Origin: Eubacteriales bacterium
GTDB taxonomy: Bacteria > Bacillota > Clostridia > Oscillospirales > CAG-272
Reading direction: 5' to 3'
DNA length: 64,000 nucleotides
Assembly: GCA_045660785.1 (NCBI GenBank)
Contig: JAZREL010000014.1
Span: 4,849-68,848, forward strand
The position numbers were made by a program, and so were the translations under genes. Numbering within the stretch: position 1 is the stretch's first letter; every line of letters starts with the position of its first letter. This document shows positions 27,291 to 36,028 of this stretch, one piece after another. The notes under the pieces were generated by a model. That model did no database searches and was not told where the DNA came from. It saw only the letters and a list, made by a program, of their open reading frames with translations.

Positions 27291-27686
27291 ATGGGACTTT
27301 TTGATATTTTTAAGAAAAAGAGGGTTGACACATTTGACGACGAGGATGACGAGCTTCAAGCCGAAAACGGTGGCAAGGAGCAAACGCCCGAGGTTGCAAT
27401 TGAGGGACAGGTTGAACTTAAAATTTGCAAGCCGAGAACCTTTGAGCAAGCACTTAGCGCAGTTGATTACCTCGTTTCGGGCAGAACCGTGCTATTAAAC
27501 CTTGAGGACATAGACCGTTCTCTCTACCGCAGAATTATCGACTTTATAAGCGGTGCGTCCTATGCGCTTGGCTTAACTATAAAAAAGGCAACGAACGATT
27601 CATACTTCATCGCACCTCGCGAGGTTGACGTTAGCGGCGAAATCTTCGACACGCCCGATGCCGACGAGGAATTTTTCACGATTTAA
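27291..27686 (+). CDS. sepF: Cell division protein SepF
   Basis: Start at MGLFDIFKKK after GGAAGGAG. The core VLLNLEDIDRSLYRRIIDFISGASYAL is typical of SepF. Confidence 0.85.
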   Translation: MGLFDIFKKKRVDTFDDEDDELQAENGGKEQTPEVAIEGQVELKICKPRTFEQALSAVDYLVSGRTVLLNLEDIDRSLYRRIIDFISGASYALGLTIKKATNDSYFIAPREVDVSGEIFDTPDADEEFFTI

Positions 27687-28002
27687 TTTGCCTGCAAGAA
27701 TAGCAAGGGCTTTAGAGGACGAGAAAAAAGTGCGAGCGAGCCGGCGTCGTCGTACTAATGTACGACAGAGGGCTTGGTCGCGATTAGAAAAGCAGAAAGG
27801 AGATTTTCTTTTTGAAAATCTCTACCTTAAAAGGTTCGGTGGCGTCTTGACCTGCGAACATAAAATTAAAATTGCTTTTCGTTTTAAGAGGTTCCCCGAA
27901 CCGAATAGGGGTCCTCAAAGCGAAGAATGAGCTTTGGGGTTCTCGTAGTTGAGGTTTTGGGGTTCACGTTTTTCGTGCTGTAAAGAACTTGAAAGGAGAA
28001 AA

Positions 28003-28290
28003 ATGGAATTTTTACAAATTATATGGTACTATTTAGGGCGAATGATTTTTTGGGCGCTTTCCCTTTTTCAAACGGTGCTTATCGTGCGCGCAATTCTTTC
28101 GTGGATCCCGCCCGTGCGCCGCTCGCGCTTCTTTTGGTTTCTTAACAAGATTACCGAGCCGTTTTTGCGCCCAATCCGAAACGTGCTATTCAAAATCAGT
28201 TGGATGCGCACAGTTCCCATTGATTTTTCATCTTTGATTTTATTTATAATCATTGACGTTGCAATGATGATGCTCAGCATCGTATTATAG
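28003..28290 (+). CDS. YggT family membrane protein
   Basis: Start at MEFLQ after GAAAGGAG. RAILSWIP...ITEPFLRPIR motif. Confidence 0.8.
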   Translation: MEFLQIIWYYLGRMIFWALSLFQTVLIVRAILSWIPPVRRSRFFWFLNKITEPFLRPIRNVLFKISWMRTVPIDFSSLILFIIIDVAMMMLSIVL

Positions 28291-28297
28291 GAGAAAA

Positions 28298-28957
28298 ATG
28301 CTTACTACTTTTATTTTAATCTTTATAATTGCGGGCGTAATTACGCTTGACCAAATTTCAAAGCTTTTGGTCGTTTGCTTTATGGATCTTAATCAAGGAG
28401 TTGAGATTTTGCCCGGACTTTTCCGCCTGCGCTACATCACCAACCCCGGTATGTCGTTTGGGCTTTTTGGCGAGGGTGACCAAAGATGGATTTTTATGGT
28501 TATTTCACCTATTGCGTTAATTGCCATTGCGGTTTATCTTTTCAAGTTTTCAAAGGACAAGCTTCCTATGAAAATAGGACTTGCGTTTATCTTTGGCGGC
28601 GGTCTTTCCAATATGATTGACCGTACCTTCTACGGTGATGCTATTTTCCACGGCGAGGTTATCGATATGTTTGACTTCTACGGAATTTGGCACGCAATTT
28701 TCAACGTGGCTGACTCTTTTGTTTGCATAGGAGCTGCGCTTGTGGTTCTGACCTTGATAGTTGAAATTTTCCTTGAAAAGAACGACGAAAAGAAAAAGGC
28801 CACAGCCAAGGCAGAGGAGCTAAACGCGAAGATGGCAGGCGGTGTTCAGCCAAGCGAGACAAAGCACATTGTTCTAGATGAAAACGATGATAAAAAAGAC
28901 GAAAAACAGACACTCCCCGAGGATTTTTCCGAAAGCAGAGAGGAAAAAGCGGAATGA
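28298..28957 (+). CDS. lspA: Signal peptidase II with charged C-terminal extension
   Basis: 219 aa. NPGMSFG, GGGLSNMIDR and FNVADSFI-like blocks. The last 60 aa or so are Lys/Glu/Asp rich. Confidence 0.85.
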   Translation: MLTTFILIFIIAGVITLDQISKLLVVCFMDLNQGVEILPGLFRLRYITNPGMSFGLFGEGDQRWIFMVISPIALIAIAVYLFKFSKDKLPMKIGLAFIFGGGLSNMIDRTFYGDAIFHGEVIDMFDFYGIWHAIFNVADSFVCIGAALVVLTLIVEIFLEKNDEKKKATAKAEELNAKMAGGVQPSETKHIVLDENDDKKDEKQTLPEDFSESREEKAE

Positions 28958-29868
28958 TTGCAGCTGAAAACGACGTAAAAAAACGGCTTGACCTTTTTGT
29001 TTCTGAGGTGTCGGGTGCAACGCGCTCGGGCGCACAGGTTTTAATAGACGACGGCTGTGTTTTGGTAAACGGCAAGGCAGAAAGCAAAAACTACCGCTTA
29101 CGTCTTGGCGACACCGTCGAGATAAATATGCCCGAGCCAAAGGAGCTTGAGGTTGAACCCGAGGATATCCCTTTAAACATCGTTTACGAGGATGACTCAA
29201 TAATTGTAATTAACAAGCCATCGGGCATGGTTGTGCATCCCGCAAACGGAAACGAAAGCGGCACGCTTGTAAACGCGCTTCTCTTTCACTGCAAGGATTC
29301 TCTTTCGGGCATAAACGGCGTTATTCGCCCGGGAATTGTCCACAGAATCGACAAGGACACAAGCGGACTTTTGGTTGTGGCAAAAACGGATGAGGCACAC
29401 GTTTTCCTCTCCTCACTTCTAAAGGACCACGGAATTAAAAGAGTTTATCACGCGATTTTGGCAGGACACTTAAAGGAAACGCGCGGCACAGTAAACGCAC
29501 CAATTGCGCGCCATCCCGTTGACAGAAAGAAAATGGCGGTGGTCAAGGGCGGCAAGGAAGCGGTGACACATTACACCGTGATGTGCGAATACCCCTCGTT
29601 TACGTATGCAAAAATGGAGCTTGAAACGGGCAGGACACACCAAATAAGAGTCCATATGAGCCATATAGGTCACCCAATTATAGGCGACACGGTCTATGGC
29701 GGCGGCAAAACTCCGTTTGAAAAAGCAAACGCTTCCCTTTTAGACGGACAAATCTTGCACGCGAAGGAGCTTTCCTTCCCTCACCCAAAAACGGGGGAAA
29801 TTATGAAATTTGAATGTGAGTTACCCGATAATTTCAAGGAGCTTCTGACCAGATTAGAAAATTTATAA
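28954..29868 (+). CDS. rluD: RluA/RluD family 23S rRNA pseudouridine synthase
   Basis: 304 aa. S4-like N-terminus, HRIDKDTSGLLVVAK catalytic motif and THQIRVH. Confidence 0.9.
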   Translation: MIAAENDVKKRLDLFVSEVSGATRSGAQVLIDDGCVLVNGKAESKNYRLRLGDTVEINMPEPKELEVEPEDIPLNIVYEDDSIIVINKPSGMVVHPANGNESGTLVNALLFHCKDSLSGINGVIRPGIVHRIDKDTSGLLVVAKTDEAHVFLSSLLKDHGIKRVYHAILAGHLKETRGTVNAPIARHPVDRKKMAVVKGGKEAVTHYTVMCEYPSFTYAKMELETGRTHQIRVHMSHIGHPIIGDTVYGGGKTPFEKANASLLDGQILHAKELSFPHPKTGEIMKFECELPDNFKELLTRLENL

Positions 29869-29874
29869 AACAGA

Positions 29875-29907
29875 AAAACGCGGCTCGCACGAGTCGCGTT
29901 TTCTTTG
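29875..29907 (+). terminator. Rho-independent terminator
   Basis: ACGCGGCTC-gcac-GAGTCGCGT (one mismatch) followed by a T-rich tract. Confidence 0.6.
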
Positions 29908-29943
29908 TTAATATCTTGAATTATAGACACAGGTAGGCACTTT

Positions 29944-30747
29944 TTATATTTTGGAGAAAAGGTCCAGTCCCGATTTTTTCAAAAACCACGTGATAAGGCG
30001 CGGTGCTTTGCTTGGGAAAATACGGTGAACAAGGTCAAGCGCGCACGCGTCCTTGCCAACCACTATTCTTCTCTTGCGCCTTCTTACACGGTTAACTATT
30101 TTGCGCGCAACTACATCCGCGTCCGCGCTGAACGAGCGCACTATACGTGCTTCCTTGCCCGAAATTTGTTGATTTTTCAATATATTAGTTCTTACAAAGC
30201 CGGGCATCACGCTTGAAAAGCGCACGTCCTGTCTTTCACAGCTGAGCGATAGTGTAAACGCGTTTAAGGCGCTCTTTGTCGCGGTGTACGTGCTAACGCC
30301 GCCAAATGGGCAAAGCGCAGCCGCACTTGAAACGTTTACAACTGCCCCACCCTCGGTAAGAATCGGCTCAAGCGCGCGATATGAATACGCGCAGGATAGA
30401 AAATTAAGCTTTACTATTCCTTCAAGCTCGTCTATTTCTGTCTTATCAAAGGATTTAAATTCAGGGAGCGCGCCTGCACAGTTAATAAGCGCATCAACCT
30501 TAATTCTGTTATTTACAAGATAGGAAAAAAGCTCGCCCCAGCCGTCTTTTGACGCCACGTCCAAGGGGTACGGTATAAAGCGGTCGCCAAGCTCCGCCCT
30601 TGCCGCTTGAAGCTTTTCCCATCCGCGGGCAATACCGATTATGCGCGCGCCGTATTTCTTTATCAGATGCGAGGCAATTGCTTTGCCTATACCGCTTGAA
30701 GCGCCGCTTATCACCACGGTTTTTCCTCGAAAATCCAACTTTTTCAT
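29944..30747 (-). CDS. SDR family oxidoreductase
   Basis: 267 aa. ISGASSGIG and Y-x3-K (YTATK). Confidence 0.8.
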   Translation of the reverse strand: MKKLDFRGKTVVISGASSGIGKAIASHLIKKYGARIIGIARGWEKLQAARAELGDRFIPYPLDVASKDGWGELFSYLVNNRIKVDALINCAGALPEFKSFDKTEIDELEGIVKLNFLSCAYSYRALEPILTEGGAVVNVSSAAALCPFGGVSTYTATKSALNAFTLSLSCERQDVRFSSVMPGFVRTNILKNQQISGKEARIVRSFSADADVVARKIVNRVRRRKRRIVVGKDACALDLVHRIFPSKAPRLITWFLKKSGLDLFSKI

Positions 30748-31454
30748 TTCGATTTTCCAACGCCTCCGCCAAGGAATCTTATCGCGCGCTCAGGCGCATC
30801 CTTTGAGTCATACCACGGCTCACTGTCGTAGCGGTAGTCGAATTTTTTGCAAAACCAACTAACGTCACCGACGGTTTTTTCAAGAAACTTGTTTTCAACC
30901 TCGCAAATATCCTTGTAAAACTCGTCATATTTACGCTTGTCAAGCTCCTTGCCTGCCACGTCGAGAAGCATTGCGTAGTGAGGGAGGCAAAAATATTTTT
31001 GCGCGCGGAGCTTTTCGCGAAATCCGCTTTCCTTATCGTAAAGAAGCACGACGGTTTCTATCATTTTTTCAAAATGGTTGTCAATTCGCTCACAAATAAA
31101 GCAGCTGTTTACTATCTTGTCTGCATTTTTGTAGCTTTTCTTTGCGCGCCCACCGAAAATAGCATCGAAAAATCCGCCGTTTAGCTTGCCTTTCACCTCA
31201 GGCAAATGGCTCTCTAAAATAAGTGCCAAGGAAAGGCGGTTGTTCTTTTCAAGCATCATTCTGAAGTGGTCACGGCAGAAGCCCTTTTCGTTCATCAATA
31301 TTCTAACGCTTGGCTCCATCATTGACGAGCCGAGCGACATATCAACCTCTTTTTTCTCAAGCGTATCGTAGATTTTGCAAAGTGGGCAATCGCATCCGCT
31401 CCTTTGGCACTCCTCAAACGCTTCGTTTACGGGAATTGTATAAATTTGTTCCAT
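30744..31454 (-). CDS. Conserved Cys-motif protein (DUF6062-like)
   Basis: Start at MEQIYTIP after AGAAAGG. CDCPLC, FCRDH, CFICE and FCLPH motifs. ATGA overlap with the downstream SDR gene. Confidence 0.45.
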   Translation of the reverse strand: MEQIYTIPVNEAFEECQRSGCDCPLCKIYDTLEKKEVDMSLGSSMMEPSVRILMNEKGFCRDHFRMMLEKNNRLSLALILESHLPEVKGKLNGGFFDAIFGGRAKKSYKNADKIVNSCFICERIDNHFEKMIETVVLLYDKESGFREKLRAQKYFCLPHYAMLLDVAGKELDKRKYDEFYKDICEVENKFLEKTVGDVSWFCKKFDYRYDSEPWYDSKDAPERAIRFLGGGVGKSK

Positions 31455-31495
31455 GTTTTCAACCTTTCTGTTTACCACATTCAATTGTGGCGCAC

Positions 31496-31524
31496 TTGAC
31501 TTAATTATATTATAATGGTATAAT
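31496..31524 (+). promoter_or_regulatory. Sigma-A type promoter
   Basis: TTGACT, 17 nt, TATAAT. Confidence 0.55.
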
Positions 31525-31559
31525 TATAAAAGTTCAAGAGTTTTTTGAAGGGGGATTTT

Positions 31560-32441
31560 ATGTACACCTTAAATGAATACGTAACGAGCGACGGCATACC
31601 CTACGTGCACGCGCAAGACATACCGCGCCTGAGTGTTTTCAAGACGTTTGATTGCGGTCAGTCCTTCCGCTTCGACCCTGTTTCGAGGTTTGGAAACGAG
31701 TGCGAGTTTGGCGGCGTTGCATTTGGAAAATACGTCGTTTTCGCGCAAAACCACGACACCGAAATTTACGTTTACGGCGCGACAAAAAACGATTTTGAAA
31801 AAATTTGGGCGCATTATCTTGCGCTCGATATTGACTACGAAGCAATTGACAGCCAAATTATTTCCACGGTTGACTCAGCCCATGCTAAGCTTGCCACGGA
31901 ATATTCAAGGGGAATAAGAATTTTAAGGCAGGAGCCGTGGGAGGCGCTTTGCTCATTTATCATCTCTCAAAATAATAACATACCCCGAATTAAGAAAATT
32001 ATAGCAGAAATTTCAAAAAAGTACGGGGACGTGGTTGATTTTGACGGTCAAGCATACAACGCCTTCCCATCCGCCGAGTCACTTTTCTTGGCAGGCGAGG
32101 CAGAAATTTTTGCACTGAAAACGGGCTTCCGCGCAAAGTACATTCACGATGCCGCATCAAAGGTGTCAAACGGTGAAATCTCACTTGATAAGGTAATGGA
32201 AAGCTCCTTTGAGGACGCGTTGGCACTCCTTTCAAAAATAAAAGGGGTTGGACCCAAGGTTGCCTCGTGCGCGCTCCTTTTCGGCTTTGGCAAAACCGAG
32301 GCGTTTCCAATCGACGTTTGGATCAAGCGCTCACTCGACGCGCATTTCGGCGGCAATTTAGACGTTGAAGCCCTTGGCGGCAGCGCGGGCATTTTCCAGC
32401 AATATCTATTTTATTACGAAAGATATAATCAAAACACTTGA
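31560..32441 (+). CDS. ogg: HhH-GPD DNA glycosylase (8-oxoguanine DNA glycosylase-like)
   Basis: Start at MYTLNEY after GAAGGGGG. FDCGQSFRF and the GVGPKVASCALLFG...PIDVW catalytic Lys/Asp pattern. Confidence 0.75.
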   Translation: MYTLNEYVTSDGIPYVHAQDIPRLSVFKTFDCGQSFRFDPVSRFGNECEFGGVAFGKYVVFAQNHDTEIYVYGATKNDFEKIWAHYLALDIDYEAIDSQIISTVDSAHAKLATEYSRGIRILRQEPWEALCSFIISQNNNIPRIKKIIAEISKKYGDVVDFDGQAYNAFPSAESLFLAGEAEIFALKTGFRAKYIHDAASKVSNGEISLDKVMESSFEDALALLSKIKGVGPKVASCALLFGFGKTEAFPIDVWIKRSLDAHFGGNLDVEALGGSAGIFQQYLFYYERYNQNT

Positions 32442-32466
32442 CTTAACTAATTCTTTGATATATAAT
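32438..32466 (+). promoter_or_regulatory. Sigma-A type promoter
   Basis: TTGACT (overlapping the ogg stop), 17 nt, TATAAT. Confidence 0.55.
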
Positions 32467-32499
32467 TTTATTGAAAATATTTATTAAAAGAGGTACTAT

Positions 32500-33525
32500 A
32501 TGAAAACAGTATGCTTTGGCGAAATTATGCTCCGCTTAAATCCGGCGGGATACACAAGATTTATTCAAACAGATACGTTTGGCGCAACCTACGGTGGCGG
32601 TGAAGCAAACGTTGCAGTTTCTCTTGCTAACTACGGCATTGATGCATCCTACGTTACAAAGCTTCCAAGCCACGAAATCGGTCAAAGCGCGGTTAACTCA
32701 CTCCGCAGATACGGCGTTGACACAAGCGACATCGTAAGAGGTGGCGAGCGCGTTGGTATTTACTACCTTGAAACAGGCGCATCACAAAGACCGTCAAAGG
32801 TTATTTACGACCGTGCATATTCAGCTATTGCTCTTGCAAAGAGAAGCGATTTTGATTGGGAAAAGATCCTCGACGGCGCAAATTGGTTCCACTTTACAGG
32901 CATCACTCCGGCACTCGGCGGTGAGCTTCCCGAAATTTGTATGGACGCACTTAAGGTTTGCCGCGAAAAGGGCATCACCACAAGTTGCGACCTTAACTAC
33001 CGCAAAAACCTTTGGTCAACAGAGGAAGCAGGCAAGGTTATGGGCGAGCTTATGAAGCTTGTTGACGTTTGCATTGCAAACGAGGAGGACGCTGAAAAGG
33101 TATTCGGCATTAAGGCAGAAAACACAGACGTTGACGCAGGCGTTGTTAACCACGAGGGCTACAAGAGCGTTGCATCACAGCTCTCTGCCCGTTTCGGCTT
33201 CAAGCGCGTTGCTATTACACTCCGTACAAGCATTTCGGCAAACGACAACGTTTGGGCGGCTATGCTCTATGATGCAAACGAAAACGAATACTATTTCTCA
33301 CGCTCATATAACATCCACATCGTTGACCGTGTTGGCGGCGGTGACTCATTCGGCGGCGGTCTTATCTACGCTTCCTTGATGAACAAGTCAAGCCAAGACG
33401 TTATCGAATTTGCAGTTGGGGCATCATGCCTCAAGCACACAATTATCGGTGACTATAACTTAGTTAGCGTAAAAGAGGTTGAAGGCCTCATCAAGGGCGG
33501 CGGCTCAGGACGCGTTCAAAGATAA
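32500..33525 (+). CDS. kdgK: 2-dehydro-3-deoxygluconokinase (PfkB family)
   Basis: 341 aa. FGEIMLRLNP, GGGEANVAV and DRVGGGDSF motifs. Confidence 0.85.
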   Translation: MKTVCFGEIMLRLNPAGYTRFIQTDTFGATYGGGEANVAVSLANYGIDASYVTKLPSHEIGQSAVNSLRRYGVDTSDIVRGGERVGIYYLETGASQRPSKVIYDRAYSAIALAKRSDFDWEKILDGANWFHFTGITPALGGELPEICMDALKVCREKGITTSCDLNYRKNLWSTEEAGKVMGELMKLVDVCIANEEDAEKVFGIKAENTDVDAGVVNHEGYKSVASQLSARFGFKRVAITLRTSISANDNVWAAMLYDANENEYYFSRSYNIHIVDRVGGGDSFGGGLIYASLMNKSSQDVIEFAVGASCLKHTIIGDYNLVSVKEVEGLIKGGGSGRVQR

Positions 33526-33591
33526 CTTCCAAGCTTAAGGACAATCCCTCCGTCAACTACGTTGACACCTCCCTTTGCACAAAGGAGGCAA
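33526..33591 (+). mobile_element. Solo-end palindromic mini-element (TIR-family member) inserted right after the kdgK stop
   Basis: CAATCCCTC + hairpin GTCAAC-tac-GTTGAC + CTCCCTTTGCACAAAGGAG. This has the same three-part architecture as the right TIR of the DUF559 cassette at 40482. Confidence 0.6.
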
Positions 33592-33621
33592 GGCGGCGGA
33601 AGCGGACGAGTTCAAAGATAA
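33592..33621 (+). pseudogene. Displaced, recoded duplicate of the last 9 codons + stop of kdgK
   Basis: GGC GGC GGA AGC GGA CGA GTT CAA AGA TAA, versus the live GGC GGC GGC TCA GGA CGC GTT CAA AGA TAA. There are 5 nt differences, all synonymous (including TCA/AGC Ser). Confidence 0.7.
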
Positions 33622-33633
33622 TTACATAAAATT

Positions 33634-33665
33634 AAGACACAGGGCTTGCCCTGTGTCTTTTTTTA
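33634..33665 (+). terminator. Rho-independent terminator (native kdgK terminator)
   Basis: AAGACACAGGG-cttg-CCCTGTGTCTT followed by TTTTTT. Confidence 0.8.
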
Positions 33666-33743
33666 CGGTTGTTCGTTAAGCAAAGCGTGAAAGAAGCAAA
33701 TAAAAAAACGCGCCCGCTATTGCAGGCACGCCTTTATCAAATA

Positions 33744-35117
33744 TTATCTTTCGTCCATTGGAACGTAGGTTTTACGCTCGCATACGTTTTCGTAGCCGGG
33801 ACGGATGATTTTGCCGTTTAGGAGCAATTCCTCGATACGGTGTGCGCTCCAGCCCGCAATTCTCGCAATTGCGAAAAGCGGTGTATAAAGCTCGGTTGGT
33901 AAATCAAGCATACTGTAAACAAAGCCACTATAGAAGTCAACGTTGGCGCTAACGCCCTTGTAAATTTTGCGCTCCTTGGCAATAACCTCAGGCGCGAGCT
34001 TTTCAATAAGCGCGCAAAGCTTGTATTCCTTTTCAAGTCCCTTTTCCTTGGAGAGCTTTTCAACCCACTCCTTGAAAACCTTAGCACGTGGGTCAGAAAG
34101 AGCATAAACGGCGTGACCCATACCGTAGATAAGTCCCTTGCCGTCAAATACCTCTTTTCTTAAAATCTTGGTGAGGTATTCCTTGATTTCGTCCTCGTTT
34201 GTGTAGTCCTTCAGGTTCTTTTTGATATTTTCAATCATTTCCACAACCTTGATGTTTGCGCCGCCGTGACGTGGACCCTTCAAGGAGCCGAGGGATGCCG
34301 CAATTGAGGAGTACGTATCTGTGCCCGATGAGGTAACAACGTGTGTTGTGAAGCTTGAGTTGTTTCCGCCGCCGTGCTCCGCGTGTAAAACGAGTGCAAG
34401 GTCGAGAATTTTTGCCTCAAGTGGAGTAAAGCTTGCATCCTTACGGAGCATATAAAGCAAGTTCTCCGCGATTGAAAGCGATGATTTTGGACGTCTTATG
34501 ATAAGACTTCTCTTCTTTTCGTTATATTCATAGCTTCTGTACGCGTAAACGGCAAGAAGCGGAAATTCGGAAATAAGCTGCAAGCATTGACGAAGCACGT
34601 TTGGAATTGAGGTGTCGTCTGCCTTATCGTCGTACGCGTAAAGAGTGAGCACGGAGCGCGCAAGAATATTCATCATATCCTTACCCGTTGCCTTCATAAT
34701 CGAGTCGCGCACGAAGTTCTTTGGAAGCGAGCGGTATTTTGTAAGAAGTGTGATAAATTCATCAAGCTCCTGCTTTGATGGAAGCTGACCGAACAAAAGA
34801 AGATAAATCGTTTCCTCAAAGCCAAAGCGGTCGTCGCTAAGGAAGCCGTTTACAAGGTCGTTGATGTTTACGCCACGGTAGAAAAGCTCACCGTCCTTCG
34901 GAATTCTTGTGCCGTCGGGCTGAACGTCAAAGGAGTTGATTTCGGAAATGGCGGTAAGTCCTGCAACGACGCCCTTACCGTTTACGTCACGTAGACCTCT
35001 TTTAACGTCAAACTTGATGTATTGCTCGGGCTCAATGGTTGTATTGGAAATGCACATATCAACGTATGAAATGTGCTGAGGTGTTACTTTAGTTAGTTCT
35101 TTTTTAGCGGTTGGCAT
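33744..35117 (-). CDS. Citrate synthase
   Basis: 457 aa. LHAEHGGGNNS, GPRHGGAN and MGHAVY motifs. Confidence 0.9.
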   Translation of the reverse strand: MPTAKKELTKVTPQHISYVDMCISNTTIEPEQYIKFDVKRGLRDVNGKGVVAGLTAISEINSFDVQPDGTRIPKDGELFYRGVNINDLVNGFLSDDRFGFEETIYLLLFGQLPSKQELDEFITLLTKYRSLPKNFVRDSIMKATGKDMMNILARSVLTLYAYDDKADDTSIPNVLRQCLQLISEFPLLAVYAYRSYEYNEKKRSLIIRRPKSSLSIAENLLYMLRKDASFTPLEAKILDLALVLHAEHGGGNNSSFTTHVVTSSGTDTYSSIAASLGSLKGPRHGGANIKVVEMIENIKKNLKDYTNEDEIKEYLTKILRKEVFDGKGLIYGMGHAVYALSDPRAKVFKEWVEKLSKEKGLEKEYKLCALIEKLAPEVIAKERKIYKGVSANVDFYSGFVYSMLDLPTELYTPLFAIARIAGWSAHRIEELLLNGKIIRPGYENVCERKTYVPMDER

Positions 35118-35299
35118 TGCTTGCCTCCTTTTGCGTGGATTGGTTTTGCCGATACGCTCGGCACGTCTTACTTTAGCGCTTTAACGCGTTAAAATGAAAA
35201 TATAGTCTATTCTATCATAGAATTGTGAATAAATTGTGAATTTTCAAAAATATTTTCAAAATTTTGCAATTTTTTATAAAATTCTAAAAAAGCCCGATA

Positions 35300-36028
35300 T
35301 CAAAGGGGCTTTTTAGAAATTTGCGAGTTGTTTCTCGGGTAAAGTGCGGGGGTATTTTTTGTCTTTTTTATAATAATAATCGTTCTGTCAAGAACCTCGG
35401 TGCCGTCGGTTAAAGTATATGTGTTAACGCTGTCAAGTGTGCCACCGAGCTTTTCTATTGCGATTTTTGCCTCGCTTATTTCCTCGGGCGCGGCTTGCGA
35501 TTTCATTGAAATGAACACACCGCCCACCTTAAGAAGCGGTAAGCAAAGCTCACAAAGGACGTTTAAGCGTGCAACCGCACGTGCAGTTACCACGTCAAAG
35601 CTTTGACGGTAATCCCCGTCCCTGCCAAGCTCCTCTGCGCGTCTACTTGAAACCGTCACGTTGTCAAGACCCAATAGCTGTGCAGTGCCTTCAACGTATT
35701 TTACCTTTTTTGCCACACTGTCAACGCCCAAAACAGACACGTCCCCGCGCAAAATAGCAATTACGAGCGAGGGGAAGCCACCGCCGCAGCCGATATCGCA
35801 AAGCTTTGCGCCCTTGGCAATATACGGAACACAAGCGCTTGAATCAACGAGGTGCTTCAAAATTACGCCGTCCTCGTCCTTTATCGCGGTTAGGTTAAGA
35901 TGCTCGTTAACCGATAGCATGTGAGAGGAGAGCTTTTGCAATATTTGCGCCTTTTCCTCTGTAATTATATTTTTGGTTGCTTCGTTTTTTTCGGCAACCC
36001 TTGTCAGCTTATTTACAAAATCGCTCAT
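35300..36028 (-). CDS. rsmG: 16S rRNA (guanine527-N7)-methyltransferase
   Basis: Start at the ATG overlapping the galK stop (TAATG). DIGCGGGFPS SAM motif, VTARAVA and a GidB-type length. Confidence 0.85.
   Translation of the reverse strand: MSDFVNKLTRVAEKNEATKNIITEEKAQILQKLSSHMLSVNEHLNLTAIKDEDGVILKHLVDSSACVPYIAKGAKLCDIGCGGGFPSLVIAILRGDVSVLGVDSVAKKVKYVEGTAQLLGLDNVTVSSRRAEELGRDGDYRQSFDVVTARAVARLNVLCELCLPLLKVGGVFISMKSQAAPEEISEAKIAIEKLGGTLDSVNTYTLTDGTEVLDRTIIIIKKTKNTPALYPRNNSQISKKPL

Noticed and set aside
27625-27930. 101-aa track ORF spanning the sepF end and the spacer.
   Set aside because: It has a non-ATG start inside sepF and an Arg-rich, low-complexity product, and it crosses several strong hairpins. 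The region is treated as non-coding.
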